A DNA stretch of 64,000 nt from Auanema rhodensis (GCA_964057225.1 OZ059898.1:4836001-4900000), one strand, 5' to 3'. Positions 16,336-30,139 are shown, counted from the first letter of the stretch. Made by a program: numbers and translations. Notes: generated by a model not told the origin, from the letters alone.

Positions 16336-16932
16336 ATTTTTGAGTTATCTTTTAATAATAATTGTTTCAAGTTTATCTTATAATCCTAACTGACGATAGT
16401 ATCTTATAATTGACCCTGCAAATGCTACAAAAGCTCATTCGAATAAGAACTTTAAAAATGTTTTAAAATCTGTTTTTCATTCGCCTGCTGACTCATTTCT
16501 ATGTGCAAATGACTCTTCAATTTTGCCCCCTGGGTTCCTCTCCCAGACACTGGTCGTTTTCTCGCTTCGGCGCATAATTCATTAACATTTTGTTCTTAAA
16601 CCCTTTGAGGTCATAACGAATAAAGAAGTTTTACTATTGTTTTTTTTCATTTTAAGCAGTATTGATAATAATGGTCTTTATACCTCGACAAACAAATTCT
16701 TTATCAATTGTGTCGCTAAACTTACATGCGCTTTGACTCAGCCGCACGCTGTCTACGCGATTATTGATCGATGACGTTTTAACACTAGCTCTTTTTTTTA
16801 AAGGAAATAAAGTTGCTATTTAACTTCCAAATTTATGCTAAGCTTTTCCGTGATTTTGATTTACATTCGTACTGAAACATTAAATTTTTTTTGCTAATGT
16901 GCTCATGTTTAATACAAAACATTTAGTTTACT

Positions 16933-18186
16933 ATGAGTAAGGAAGGTGAAAAGCCTGAAGTTTCTAAAGAAGCAGATGCTTTGGGTGAACTGCTGGACAG
17001 CAGTGCTAAAGCGTTTGCCCCGTAAGTTGATAGATTTTTTACGATAACAAAACGTACGCAGGGATTGACCTAGTATTTTTTTCGTTGAAAACGAATTAAT
17101 TCAATATTAAAAATGTGCTGCACTAGGCAAAAATCTCCGTTTTTTAGCCTAGATGTGGGACATTGTCTTTCAAAATCGAGTTATTATTCAAACAATTTAG
17201 TCGTAAAACTGTAACTGATGATGAACTGGACGAACTCATGGATTTAGCTGACCAAGCGGCAGCTCAAAAAGCTGCTACCCAGTTTCAGACATTCTTACAA
17301 GAAATGGTTGAAGTCCAAGAGGTTGTTTTCGTTTGTGAACTTCTACATAAACAATGATCTTGTGATAGGAAGCTATGAAACAAGAAAAAGAGAAGGATTC
17401 TACTGCTGGTGGTGATGAAGACGAAGAGACTACTAGAGACATGATGGAGGCCATGAAGCAACTTATGTCCTGTGCTGGAAAGGTTTAAAGACATCTCTAT
17501 CAGTTCATTATGATTGTAATTAAGGTAGCAAGTGCTAATAATGAAGAGGAATTCCTCGCCAGTATGGATATGCTGCGTAATCCAGATGCATCTTTTGAAC
17601 CGCTTATGAGTATCATTATGGAGGTTGTTATTATTGTAGTTTTATTTATATTTTTACATTTAGAGTCTTGTAACAAAAGATGTGATGTATCCACCCCTTA
17701 AAGAGTTATGTGAAAAATACCCAACTTATTTAGCTTCCAATAAAGACAAAGTGGATGCTGAAACCTTTGAAAAATATGAGAATCAATTTAAGGTTTTCAC
17801 TTCATGTTTATCAAAAATATTTAATACATTTACAGTGTATTACCAAAATTTGTGATGAATTTGAGAAACAGTCTACAGACCCAACTGCTGCTAATCCTGA
17901 TGAGGCCACAGAGGTTTTTTTTCTTCGATAGTTTTTAATAAAAAGTGTTTGAAGACTGACGGCGAACAGCCTTTCATGGGGGATATTGAGAAAATAGGCC
18001 GTATGTTAATGGAGTTACAAACTTATGGATATCCTCCTGCGGAATTATTAGGGGATTTACCCGAAGGTTGCAAATCAAAAGTGCATTAGAGAAATTAATA
18101 AATTTTTAGGTTGGGGTCTTGATGGAGCCGGTGTACCACATGTCTCAAATGTTGAACAAGCTGCTAACCAATGCAAAATGATGTAA
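16933..18186 (+). CDS. prx-19: Peroxisomal biogenesis factor PEX19
   Basis: N-terminal LGELLDS; C-domain IMESLVTKDVMYPPLKEL..KYP..L, LMELQTYGYPPAEL; C-terminal CaaX CKMM*. Confidence 0.92.
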
Positions 18187-18380
18187 GCGTAAAAGAAATT
18201 ATAATTACGAGCATTATTAGCTAGAGTTTCTTATTTGTTATACATTTATTATTGCCATTTTTTATTCGTGATATTAGATTGAGCTTATAATAGAACTGAA
18301 TAGTCAATTTAGAGTTTTGTCATATTTAACCATCATAGTCTACTTAATCTGGTATATAGTCTTTCGTTTCTGCGATAGAT

Positions 18381-18482
18381 AATAAAGAATTTTTATGTGA
18401 TATCTGCTTTTTGTTAATGTTTCAGCTTTTAATATTGGAAATAAGGATATGTACTTTCTACTTTTATGTATTTAGTATTTAG
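18381..18482 (+). promoter_or_regulatory. Operon-type intercistronic region (AATAAA, UAYYUU elements, trans-splice acceptor)
   Basis: AATAAA at 18381-18386, TACTTT at 18452 and 18459, and tttag acceptor ending at 18482, just before the Abitram ATG. Spacing ~100 nt. Confidence 0.6.
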
Positions 18483-18483
18483 T

Positions 18484-19322
18484 ATGGATTTTTCTTACAT
18501 GTCAGTAGTTGGTAGAAATTATCAAAGATATGCTTCTGAGTACAGTAATATCGCTTATTTGCATCATCCAAGTGGAGTTTCTGTTATAGTTTTGAACGAG
18601 GTTATTTATTGATTTTCTTAAAGTTCCTGACTGTTGTTCAGATACCGGAAAGTGAAGTTGTTGAAGTAGACTTTGGAAGTCACAAAAAACATGGCGTTGA
18701 TCGCGCAGCAAATGCTGTTGTTGGGAAAGGGAAAAGGGTATTAACTCCTTCTTTTACAGCCTCGTATAGATTTGAAATTTTATTGTAGGGAGGTTTGCAG
18801 TTGCAAAAAGAAACTAGGTTATGCACAATTCGTTGCAAAGATGGGAAAGAGATTATTATAAGAGCTGGAGTGCGGGGAACATTGGCGGAGGTGAGGACGA
18901 TCGCCTTCAATCTCTTAATCCTATTTTCCTTCAGGTTAATGCACGATTGAAAGAAAATCCAGATTTAGTGAGAACAGTTTCAGAAAATCAAGTAAAATAG
19001 TTAAAATAACTCTATATCATATCGCACTTGAAGGGATATATCGCCATTGTAACTTATGGAGCAGGGAAGCGGAAACCGGACGAGTTCATCACTCTACTAC
19101 CTTCGAAACGAGTTTACTTACGAAATACTTCAGAACCGGAAACCGTAAAAATACCAGAGGTTTGCTTCTCATAGCTTAAAATTTCATTTTTCAATCTGCC
19201 AGCTATCTATAAATAGGTCAATTTTACATAAGCTTAATAAAAACTTTTAGATTGTTGAAGAATGTGATGTGAAGAATATTGAGCCCAATTCGGATGACAA
19301 ATCATTGTTGAATCATGCTTAA
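18484..19322 (+). CDS. Abitram / FAM206A (Simiate), GcvH-like fold
   Basis: LHHPSGVSVIVL...VDFG...NAVVGKGKRGGLQL...LCTIRC...IRAGVRGTLAEVNARL.ENPDLV...GYIAIV, across in-phase GT-AG introns. Confidence 0.85.
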
Positions 19323-20328
19323 TAAGATAAATGCCACTTGTTGTTTTGAGAAAACTTTGTCGTTTTCTCTTTTTGTTGTTATGAAGCCAACAGGTATTGT
19401 TAAAGCCGGAATGGCTTGCCTTGTAAACGCCCTTGTTCGGGTTGGATTAGTTGGTCGATATGTCGACGAATAAAAATTTTCCATTCAGATGTTTCTCTAA
19501 AGAATTCCATGAAATTAGAAAAGGGAAAGGCAAGCTTGAACTTGTGGTCAAACCACAATTAGCCAGCCATTGCAAACACAGGAAGCTCTAACATAGAATT
19601 GAGCGGGTAGACACTGCCCTTAATACGAAGTTTCTATTGCTCTATTTAACATTACATTCTGGCTTTATGTTGCAATCATCCGGAATAAGACAGTTAGTCT
19701 GTTACTATTCATATTTTTTGACGTTCGTGCAGCTTTTTTCGAAGCTTTCGTTTTTCATTTTTTTAAAGAATAATTTACGAATCACTCACAGCAGTTCATA
19801 CATACCTAATCGTTTTTATTTAATTAGCTATTCAGCATATATTGAGAAACGAAATTATTATTGACAAGGCGTTTTTTACTTTTTTCTTTTCCAAAAAAGA
19901 GTAAACAATCATGTTAAAATCCTGTCTTGCGTCTCCGAGCTTTGTGTAGGTAATTTCAGCCTTTGACGAGCACTCAGCCATTTAACCAGCTTTAATCGTA
20001 TTCTATTTTTCTTCTTTTTCATTGTTCATTTATTCCATGATATAAACCACTATGCTGAATTTTTTATGAAAGTTATCGTAGATTAATCAGTGTTGCAGGA
20101 GAAAATAAGCTTAAGTTTAGCGTTTATCTTTCTTGATTTTAAATCCCGCAATTTAGTTGATTAGATGATATTCTTTGGTTTATTTCAGAATAGTCCCATG
20201 AAAAAGTTTTTTGCGTTCTTGTGGGGATTTTCAAAATATAAAATTCATTACAAACTTTGTATTCGTCCAAATTTGTTAATACACCCCAAATGGAAAGTGC
20301 CATTTCAGAGAAATATGTTCGTCTAACC

Positions 20329-22723
20329 ATGAGCTATCCAATTTACTCATTTTTATGCTATGCTTTATACTTTTTATTGCCTATAGTCTCGTCACAAGTT
20401 ATTGACAATGGCTGTAAGTTTATTTTAATTAATTTATTTTATACATTAGTTTGAATTCTCATAGATGAAACAGATCATTTCGACCTGCCACATCATATAA
20501 TAAGGGCAGACTTGCCACCTAGGAATGATGAACAAAAATTATATAGGTAGTAACTTAGCTTTCATTATAAAGTTCTTATTTGCCTTTTTTCTAGATATTT
20601 ATCATATGGATATGATCGATCCGTAAGACCTGTTTTCAATTCTTCTAAGATTGTAGAGGTTTTTATTGGATTAACTCTTACTCACATTTTTAATATAGTA
20701 TATATTACATATTTATAAGCTTCCATTTTTTTGTGTTTTTCAGGATGAAAAGAATCAAGTTTTAGCGTTGAATGTTTGGGTTGAACAACAGTGGAACGAT
20801 GAAAGAATGAGATGGGACCCTCAAAATTTTGGAAATATTTCAAAAATGACATTAGCGACCAGATTGGTTTGGACTCCAGATATTGTACTTTTTAACAAGT
20901 GAATTTACGAATATTCATGTATTTTACTCTAATCAATTTACTATTCAGTGCTCGAGATTATAATAGAGGTTTTTTAAATACTAATTTGCACGCTAGTCAT
21001 GATGGTGAAAGTATGTTTTTATGGTTTTTAATTGTTTGAAAATTAACATAAACTTTCGCTCCGTTTCAACTTTCCTATTTTAAAATTCAAAGAATGAGAA
21101 AGTTTTAAATTTTCTATTTAAAGTTTTATTCAATTTTTTCTTTTCATAAGTTTTCTTTCAAATATTACATTTGACGTTAGAACTTTCTTTTAAAATACTC
21201 AGAATTATATTTTTATCCCAGCTGAAATTTACGAGAAATAGCTATCAATAGAATATTATTTGGCTAGACATCTTGCTGTTTAGCTGTTAGCTGTTATTTT
21301 TTGTAATACAATCATATTTTCTTTTACTGCAAACAATTTTGTTCTATTTTTAATCAGAATTCATGATTATCAGAATTTTACAGTTCAATGGGCTCCACCA
21401 CAGAAGGTTCATACCAGATGTCATATGGATGTTTCTAACTTTCCTTTCGATCATCAATTTTGCTCACTTATATTTCGGTCATGTAAATCTAAAGATAATA
21501 ACTGAGTGTAATAAAAAACATTGTTAAGGGATTTATGATATCTCTCAAGTTGATCTAAAAATTATGGAACGATATGACGGGAAAAGCCCATTTACCAGGG
21601 ATTCTTATTCAGAGAATGGGGAGTGGGAGATTGTAGATAATCGAACTCTTCGCTATGAACAAGAGACAGGGGGGAAGAGGTTTCAAAATTCTAAGGAGTC
21701 GTTATAATTTTAATGAGTCTCTTTTCAGATTTGGTACAGTTGTCTTTGAAATCCACCTGCGCCGACGCATGTTATATTTTTTATATAATATCATAGCTCC
21801 ATGTGTAATGCTTTCAGTGGGTTTACTATGCTTTTTAACTTTTTGATAATTTTAATATATCATTTCATTATTTAAAATATATTTTTAGCTATTTGCTAGC
21901 TTTAGCATATTTATTATTGAACAAGTTCAAGTTTATTTTTTCGTACAAGTTTATTTTAGGTACTCACCATGATGCAGTTCATTTTACCATGTGAATCCGG
22001 TGAAAAGGTTAGTTATCATAAAGATTCAACAAAGAACTTGTATTCAGGTTACTCTTGGACTTACCGTACTTTTGGCATATTCCGTGTTCAGCTTTAATAT
22101 AGCAGAGAGTATGCCTGAGACATCTGAGGTAATTCCTTTGATAGGTAAAGGATTACATGCATCCATCAAATTCATTTTCAATTTTTTCTAGCAATATATC
22201 TAATGACAATTATGGGAATATCCGCTCTTTCTGTTGCCTTTTCTGTATTTGTGCTTAGTTTGAGACATGGAGCAGAAAACAAAATAGGGTTAATTAGTCA
22301 TTATTATTATTATTTCAAATTCCACCTTGTTCAGAATTCCTAAATGGTTGGAGTTTACTGGCTTTCGTATTCTCGGGCCTATACTAGGACGAACTCAACG
22401 GAGAAAAACAAAATCTCGTCGTGATCGAAGTAACACAGATATACGGCTAGATACCTCACATGACGATATTCTAAGCAGTAGCTTGGTAATTTGTTTTTCG
22501 TTCAAATTTATGGTCTCATTTATGATTTCAGATAAGCCGTGTACAAACAGAACAAAATTTTGAGGAATTGGTTGCTAGATGGTCTCATCTATCAAATATA
22601 TTTGATAGATTTTTTTTTATAATTGTTTTTGTCTTAACGAGTGTATGTACAGTATTTCTTTTAATTATTGCTCCAAACATAAATCCACCACGATTACATG
22701 AAAGAAGTTGGAAATATAATTGA
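20329..22723 (+). CDS. Cys-loop cation channel, non-alpha nicotinic acetylcholine receptor-like subunit
   Basis: Signal peptide; YDRSVRPV, DEKNQ, WTPDIVLFN; Cys-loop CHMDVSNFPFDHQFC; M1-M2 linker LPCESGEK (cation-selective); MPETSEVIPLI; M4 after FDRFFF. Loop C has no vicinal CC. An alternative in-frame ATG lies at 20290. Confidence 0.92.
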
Positions 22724-23010
22724 AAATTTTATTAACATTACAAGTTTGTATTATATTGTTTGGCGTATAAAACTGTTAGTACATTATCCACATGTCTATA
22801 ATTCAAGCCTCACCGTTAACTATGTAGTAACGAATATAATTAACGACTCTACCCATAGGATTTCAAAAAAAAAATGTTATGTATAAAAATGGGCGTGACT
22901 AAAACAAAATCACAGTTGAGAAAGCGCATTTCAAATTAACATTCTTTATGAATTGCAATTTCAGAGTATAATTTAGGGATTGTTATTTCAACAACATAGA
23001 GTAACAAATC

Positions 23011-24643
23011 TTAAAGACCTGCATGCTCAATTCTATGCGACTCCGCTCGGTAGTGATAAAATCCCATAGTATATCTAGAAATATTCCATCCTGCTGTTAC
23101 TGTTGCTATCCAAGTAATGAACAGAAAAGTAATTGGGTACAAAAACACTTGTGTTTTGTGTAGAATAGGCAAAGCTGCAATTTAAATTCAGTAAGTTGTG
23201 ACACAAATTTCTCGTTACCAGTATATCCAAGAAAGGTGATGTATACATAATAAATTGCTCCAATAAACCAAATTGTGTTTCCAAGAAGCACAGCTAAAAA
23301 ACTGGGTGAGTCAACCAATGCTGAAATGTTAAAATCAGTTACACAGAATATATGAAGGTACATACTCGGGTAAAGAATTGGCAACAAAACATGGAGCAAT
23401 ATAAGGAAAGGGAAGAAAGCATTTAAATGAATGTCGAAACAATATCCCCATTCTACATCCTGATCTTTTACTTTACGTAAAAATGTATTTGAAATCCACC
23501 TGTAATAGATCATCATTCAATCGTACAAATTCATTATGATACTTACCATAATGCTGTTGCAATGATTATTCCCACACCAATACAATCAATAAAAACTACC
23601 CAGAGGAAAAACTTTGTGAAACCCCACATAGATAGATTCAATGCAACAGCATAAAATACTGAAGAAAATAAAAGAGCAAGTGAAAGTAAAACTAAAAAAG
23701 CAGGATCATCACGAGCAAATTGATCTTTAGTGCCTAAATTAGAATTTATAAGCAATGACCATACAATAATTATACTTACGTTTTCTGTATAAGAAGTTTC
23801 TGTAAACCTGTTTTGGCTTCACCAACAGGTGAATCATTTGCCAAGCTGCAAACTCGAAGTCCATCTGCAACATTTATGTTATAATAGATTATTCAAACTA
23901 TCATACCTGACGGACGTAAAAAAAACGTCGAGAGAATCTAGTCAATTTAGCCCAAGCAGACATTCTCACAGCGGTTAAACAGCCAACTCTATCAGTAGTT
24001 GTACTGAAATCTATTATTTAGAAATAAATAAAATACAACATGAGTAAAGTTTCTGCATGCAGTTTAGGACATTAGAACTAAGAATACGAGAACTAGGCAG
24101 CTGTTCAGAGCTTTGTGGGTCAGAAAATCAATACACTTAAGGAGAGTTGACCATATGCCACTCAGATCTAAGATATCTTTCAAGTTATAGCATCATTGAA
24201 CATGATATAAATCGAATATTAAAGTTTAATTAAATGAAAAAATATATAAAGTTTACTACATTGAGATATAAACCTTCTAGGTGCATGTATGATTACCTTG
24301 AGCTATATGTTGAAAAGCCTCCGGGTGTATTAGCTCCGCTTCTTGCAGAGCCAAAGCGAAATTGTTTTTGTAAGTGTGGTGATTGTATGCCAGACGTCCC
24401 TGGTTGAGATCCTTAAATTGTACAGTAGTGATAATTGAAAAGTTAACATAATATTTGGATAGTCAAGCAAAAACATAGGAGAAGCGGAAAGAACTTAAAC
24501 CCTAATCCCAACACCTTATACCTCGCAAAATCCCTTTTAATTTGTTTGATCTTTTATTAATTTTTTCTGTTTAGATATTTGTATTAGTAAATAAAAATGA
24601 TCAAAATGTTGTGCTTACCCGTTGATCGTGGAAAGTGCTGCAT
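23011..24643 (-). CDS. unc-50: UNC-50 / Gmh1 Golgi membrane protein
   Basis: QMDFEFAAWQM, YRKRTKDQFARDDPAFLVLL, DVEWGYCFDIHLNAFFP, YVYITFLGY. Confidence 0.95.
24102..24202 (-). ncRNA. Candidate intronic box C/D snoRNA in unc-50
   Basis: Sense strand reads TGTTCA-ATGATGC ... CTGA ... CTGA-ACA: terminal TGTTCA/TGAACA complementarity, box C with 1 mismatch, box D and internal D'. It sits in an unusually long intron. No target identified. Confidence 0.35.
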
Positions 24644-24657
24644 CAATCACTTAAGCA

Positions 24658-24771
24658 CTGTATAAACATGTATATGTTATCTTTATCAATAGAAGAATAA
24701 CTCGAAGATATTATTGATGAAATACAAAATTTTCCATATATTGAAACCAGAACTCAGACGAATAATTTATT
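24658..24771 (-). promoter_or_regulatory. Operon-type intercistronic region between OST4 and unc-50
   Basis: Minus-strand AATAAA (24771-24766) lies ~107 nt before acceptor ttatacag (24658), which is 14 nt before the unc-50 ATG. Confidence 0.6.
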
Positions 24772-24928
24772 AGCACATAACCCAAATAAATAACGGATTC
24801 TGCGTTGCAACCCAGAATGTATCACAAGATAATAAGTTAACACGACCAAGATAACACGTGGATCCAACTAGAAAATCGACACCTGAAGATTTTTATCTTA
24901 AATTCAATTTTTTTTTAAGACGTACCAT

Positions 24929-25045
24929 TCAGTTTTTAATTTGTCTGGGTTGATTAGCAGTTATATAATGGAAGGCAACAACAAGCAAGAAGATTCCAAT
25001 GCCAAGAAAGTTTGCGGCAATACCAAGAGTAAGGTCACTAATCAT
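24929..25045 (-). CDS. ost-4: Oligosaccharyltransferase 4 kDa subunit OST4 (38 aa, below the ORF-track cutoff)
   Basis: MISDLTLGIAANFLGIGIFLLVVAFHYITANQPRQIKN* matches the OST4 pattern MI(T/S)D..L...AN.LG...F.LVV.(Y/F)HY. Confidence 0.93.
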   Translation of the reverse strand: MISDLTLGIAANFLGIGIFLLVVAFHYITANQPRQIKN

Positions 25046-25261
25046 GTTTTCAGCTTAAAATAAAAAAAATATAAGAATAGCAAAAAACTTCAAATAATAT
25101 TTCTATCTGAAACATAAGAAACATAATTTTCATATAATTCGCCACATTGCATACGTATAGGCTGCAATTGCGTACATTATCGATTTGGCAAACAGCCAAC
25201 TTGTGAAGACTAGCTCCTCCCTGATCTTTCCTGAAGCTGAATTTAATTTTAAGTTTTTATA

Positions 25262-25688
25262 ATGGCTGATCTAATTAAATCTGTTACTTCTATTGATGAT
25301 ATTCCATTAGCTGATGACGGTATAATATTTTATTATACATTTTATTTATTTGTTATTTTTGCAGAGGACACACCAACCATAATTAGTGGTCGAACTCCAA
25401 GACCAGCTCAGCCGTTGCCTCGTGAAGAGCCACCAGAGGATCCAGAAGAAAAAGCTAGACTTATTTCACAAGTTCTCGAGCTACAAAATACATTGGATGG
25501 TATTTTTGCTTCCAATTTGCTTTATATTTATATTCTTTCCAGATTTATCTCAAAGGGTTGACTCGGTCAAAGAAGAAAGCTTGAAACTAAGATCTGAAAA
25601 TCATGTTCTTGGACAATACATTCATAATTTAATGGCTTCTTCATCGGTCTTTCAATCTTCTCAACCAAAGAATGGAATTAAACAGTAG
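25262..25688 (+). CDS. unc-69: Short coiled-coil protein UNC-69 / SCOC
   Basis: 3 exons; [59 protein letters not shown]. Confidence 0.95.
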
Positions 25689-26555
25689 GAGATTCTCCAA
25701 GAAATTATTTAACCACATTAACCTATCCGCAAAATTTTTCTAGTCATGTATTGAAAAAATGCATTTGTTTTTTTTTTTCGCTCAGCGCTTTAATGAAAAT
25801 ACATATTTTTCCTTTTAACCCAAATATATAATATGCATGCTACTTATTTATTATTGTCTGCTTTTGCATGCTTTAGTTCAGATGCTTTGTGTTTTAATTT
25901 CAGAGATGACATTTTTGATCAAGGATATGATTTTTAAAGTGCGCCTGACGGGATCATAATAGACGCTTTTGTTTTATAATGCTTTATTTATTTTTTTATT
26001 TCACAGCACCTTGTACAGTGATTGTATCTATGCAATAAAACCGACGCCCAAACGCGTCGCTAAACTTTAGATTTACATTTCTAGCAAAATTTGCATGACT
26101 AGAAGTTTTCTTAGTGTTGTGGTGGTTGTTCAGTGTTATAATCACTTCTAGCCAATAGAGTGCAATACAAAATATATGAGAAGCATGATACAGCAAGCAT
26201 TTGTGATACATAACCTTAGAAGTTACACACAATATAGTAAGATAATACCAACCGTATACATTTTCACTCGGAAAACTATTATTGAAACATAAATACAGGA
26301 TTTTAGAGAAAACTTTACTCATACTTAACCCTTACTTAGTTTACAAGCGATTCAAAAAAACTGAAACTTCTACTCATAATTTGGATAAATCAAAAAAGAA
26401 GAAATCAATTTATTGGATATTCAGACATCTTTTTTCCCCGATGAAACAATTAACATATAAAGGAAAACAATAACAAAAAAATGTGAAGAATGAACATTTT
26501 GAACATAAAATTTGCATATCAGAAGTGGAGAACAAACTTATAACGTTATTAATAT

Positions 26556-27877
<1,322 letters not shown>

Positions 27878-29180
27878 GTTGCAAACTTGAAATGAAAGTT
27901 TCCGACACAAGCTCAATTACACACCAATTTCTCATACGTAATGTAGTGTGCCCTTTGCAAAGTTTAAATTATGAATATGAGCAAGTCATAAACTCAAACT
28001 TAACTGCTTAACTTCTTTTTCTTCTTAATAAAGTGAATTTGTATACATTTTTCACCCTAATAATTATGGTTCGAACTCTTTATTTCGAATTAATGTCAGA
28101 CTTTCTTTGAAAGATTTTCGATTACACAACATGTTTCTAGTAAAGCACTCATTTTTCTTTTCACAATTATCCTATTATAGTAGAAATTGTAAAGGAAAGA
28201 TAGTTAATACCCATTTATTATTTGTTTTTTTTTTAATTTTTAACAAGAGTGAAACATATAATGCGTTATCACTAAATAAATCGCTTCCATGATATGAAAT
28301 TTAATCCACGCTGGAAACACGTAAAGTTATTTGCAATTATTTTGATTCGTTTAAACCTGATATGCTACTGCTACTGCAGAACCTTGCAAGAATTTATTTT
28401 TCAAAAATTCATTTCTAATTCTCTCCAGCATGAACTCCTTGTTTGTGTATTTCAATGAATGAATGTATTTCAAACAGCTTTTATACAAGTTTAAAACTTT
28501 CAAATGATCCATACTGGAATATTTACCTCTGTGTAACTATAAAAGAGGATTCGGTAATCTAATCTAGAGAAATACTATCAATTGAAACAAAATATATATT
28601 AGACAGTATGTTTGTTTTATTTTCTTAGTTTATTTTCATCGCTAGAAAATATATAAAAATACAGAGATACCGCAATAGATACAAACTAACATTACACGTT
28701 TTAATTGTACAACGGTCAAGAATACAAGTTAGGGACGATCGAAAAATGAATATTAAAAATATCATGAAGACATAATAATAATAATAGTATAAAGGTGGGA
28801 AAAAGAAATACTCGAGAAAAATGCCGACCCTCCATAACACAAGACTATTGCCTACCAGAAAACTTCGATTGTTCAAACAAGCATTAGTGATACAAAAAAA
28901 ATCTGCATTAGATCCGGAAGATATTATACAAGGAATGGGTGGGAAAGAAATCCACACTATCACAAAGTAGCAGAATATACACGCAGATGGGCGAAATATT
29001 TCTTATATATCATGATTTCCAAAATAGAAAAAGAGCACCGAAACTAAATTATAGGAAAAAAAAGTAAGTGAATAATATTATTCTTCACATAAAAGAGGAA
29101 TCAGGCAAGTATTTCCACATAAAAACATAAGAGGGATGACGAGACTATTTGAGAGAGTAAGAAAAATTGAAATAATTCAA

Positions 29181-30139
29181 TCAAATGGGGCCGATGATAG
29201 TACTCATTTTAACCAGCCAAAACTTTATAAACTGAGAACCCATATATAACGTTAAGAGATAGCATATTCCCCCTAGACCATAAACCCACAAACCAGTTAC
29301 CTAAAGACAAGATGAAATAAACAAACGATTATAATATAATGACTAACCTTTTTCCCAAATACCGTCACCAGGACGCTGAATATTAACATTGTTACTGTGG
29401 CAATCAAAAAGAGAAGAGCCCGCCTGCGAGCAAATCCTCCAATAGTGGAACTGAAAAGTAATTGATAAAACAATAATAAACAGCTTGAACAAACTTTTTT
29501 TTGCAATGAGGACATTTGGCTAAGCTATTGTTTAAAGTGTTAAAAAGAAATACTTCTCGACAATGAATGCATGAAACACGACAGCTACCGGTTGGTGCTC
29601 GCACAGCACTACCTTGCGGTTCACGGTTTCCTGAAACTATATGTGGACCTATTAAAAACTTATTTCGAGAAACATACTTAATGTAATCACTCTGCGACAA
29701 TTATTACGAGGGCAGGCAATTCTGGTAGAAGCGGCTTTACATATAAGTAGGCAGTTACAAGGACATCGCACATATCTGAATAATATTGTTTTGAAAGAAA
29801 AAATCAAGCGAAATACTTTTTCCCAGTAGGAGCAGGTCGAATTGGTGTTGCTTCATGACACTCACTGCATTTAACTACATGTTGAGTGTTTCTTCCTTCT
29901 AAGGCAATTTGGGCATCACAGACTCGGCAAGTTACAGAAGCTCCTGCTACAAATTCATATACAACAACATTAGACAAAAAATCAATACCAAGCACATTCT
30001 TATTACGACTGTCAACGCTTTCTTCGTTCCCAGTTACACCACTGCTGCTTTCAGCATAGCTACCACTTCTGCTTTCAGCATAGCTAGCACTTCTGCCTGA
30101 ATCGCGTAGAAGAGGAACATCCTCATCACTACGATCCAT
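29181..30139 (-). CDS. PtdIns(4,5)P2 4-phosphatase TMEM55/PIP4P
   Basis: VTCRVC...[43 protein letters not shown] (CX5R = CKAASTR), LAKCPHC, two C-terminal TM segments. Confidence 0.93.

Noticed and set aside
19302-19484. 60-aa minus ORF MENFYSSTYRPT overlapping the Abitram 3' end
   Set aside because: No homology signal or splice support; lies antisense to the Abitram 3' UTR.
30040-30095. 21-nt tandem repeat (SYAES x2) in the TMEM55 N-terminus
   Set aside because: Short in-frame duplication in a disordered region; unremarkable.
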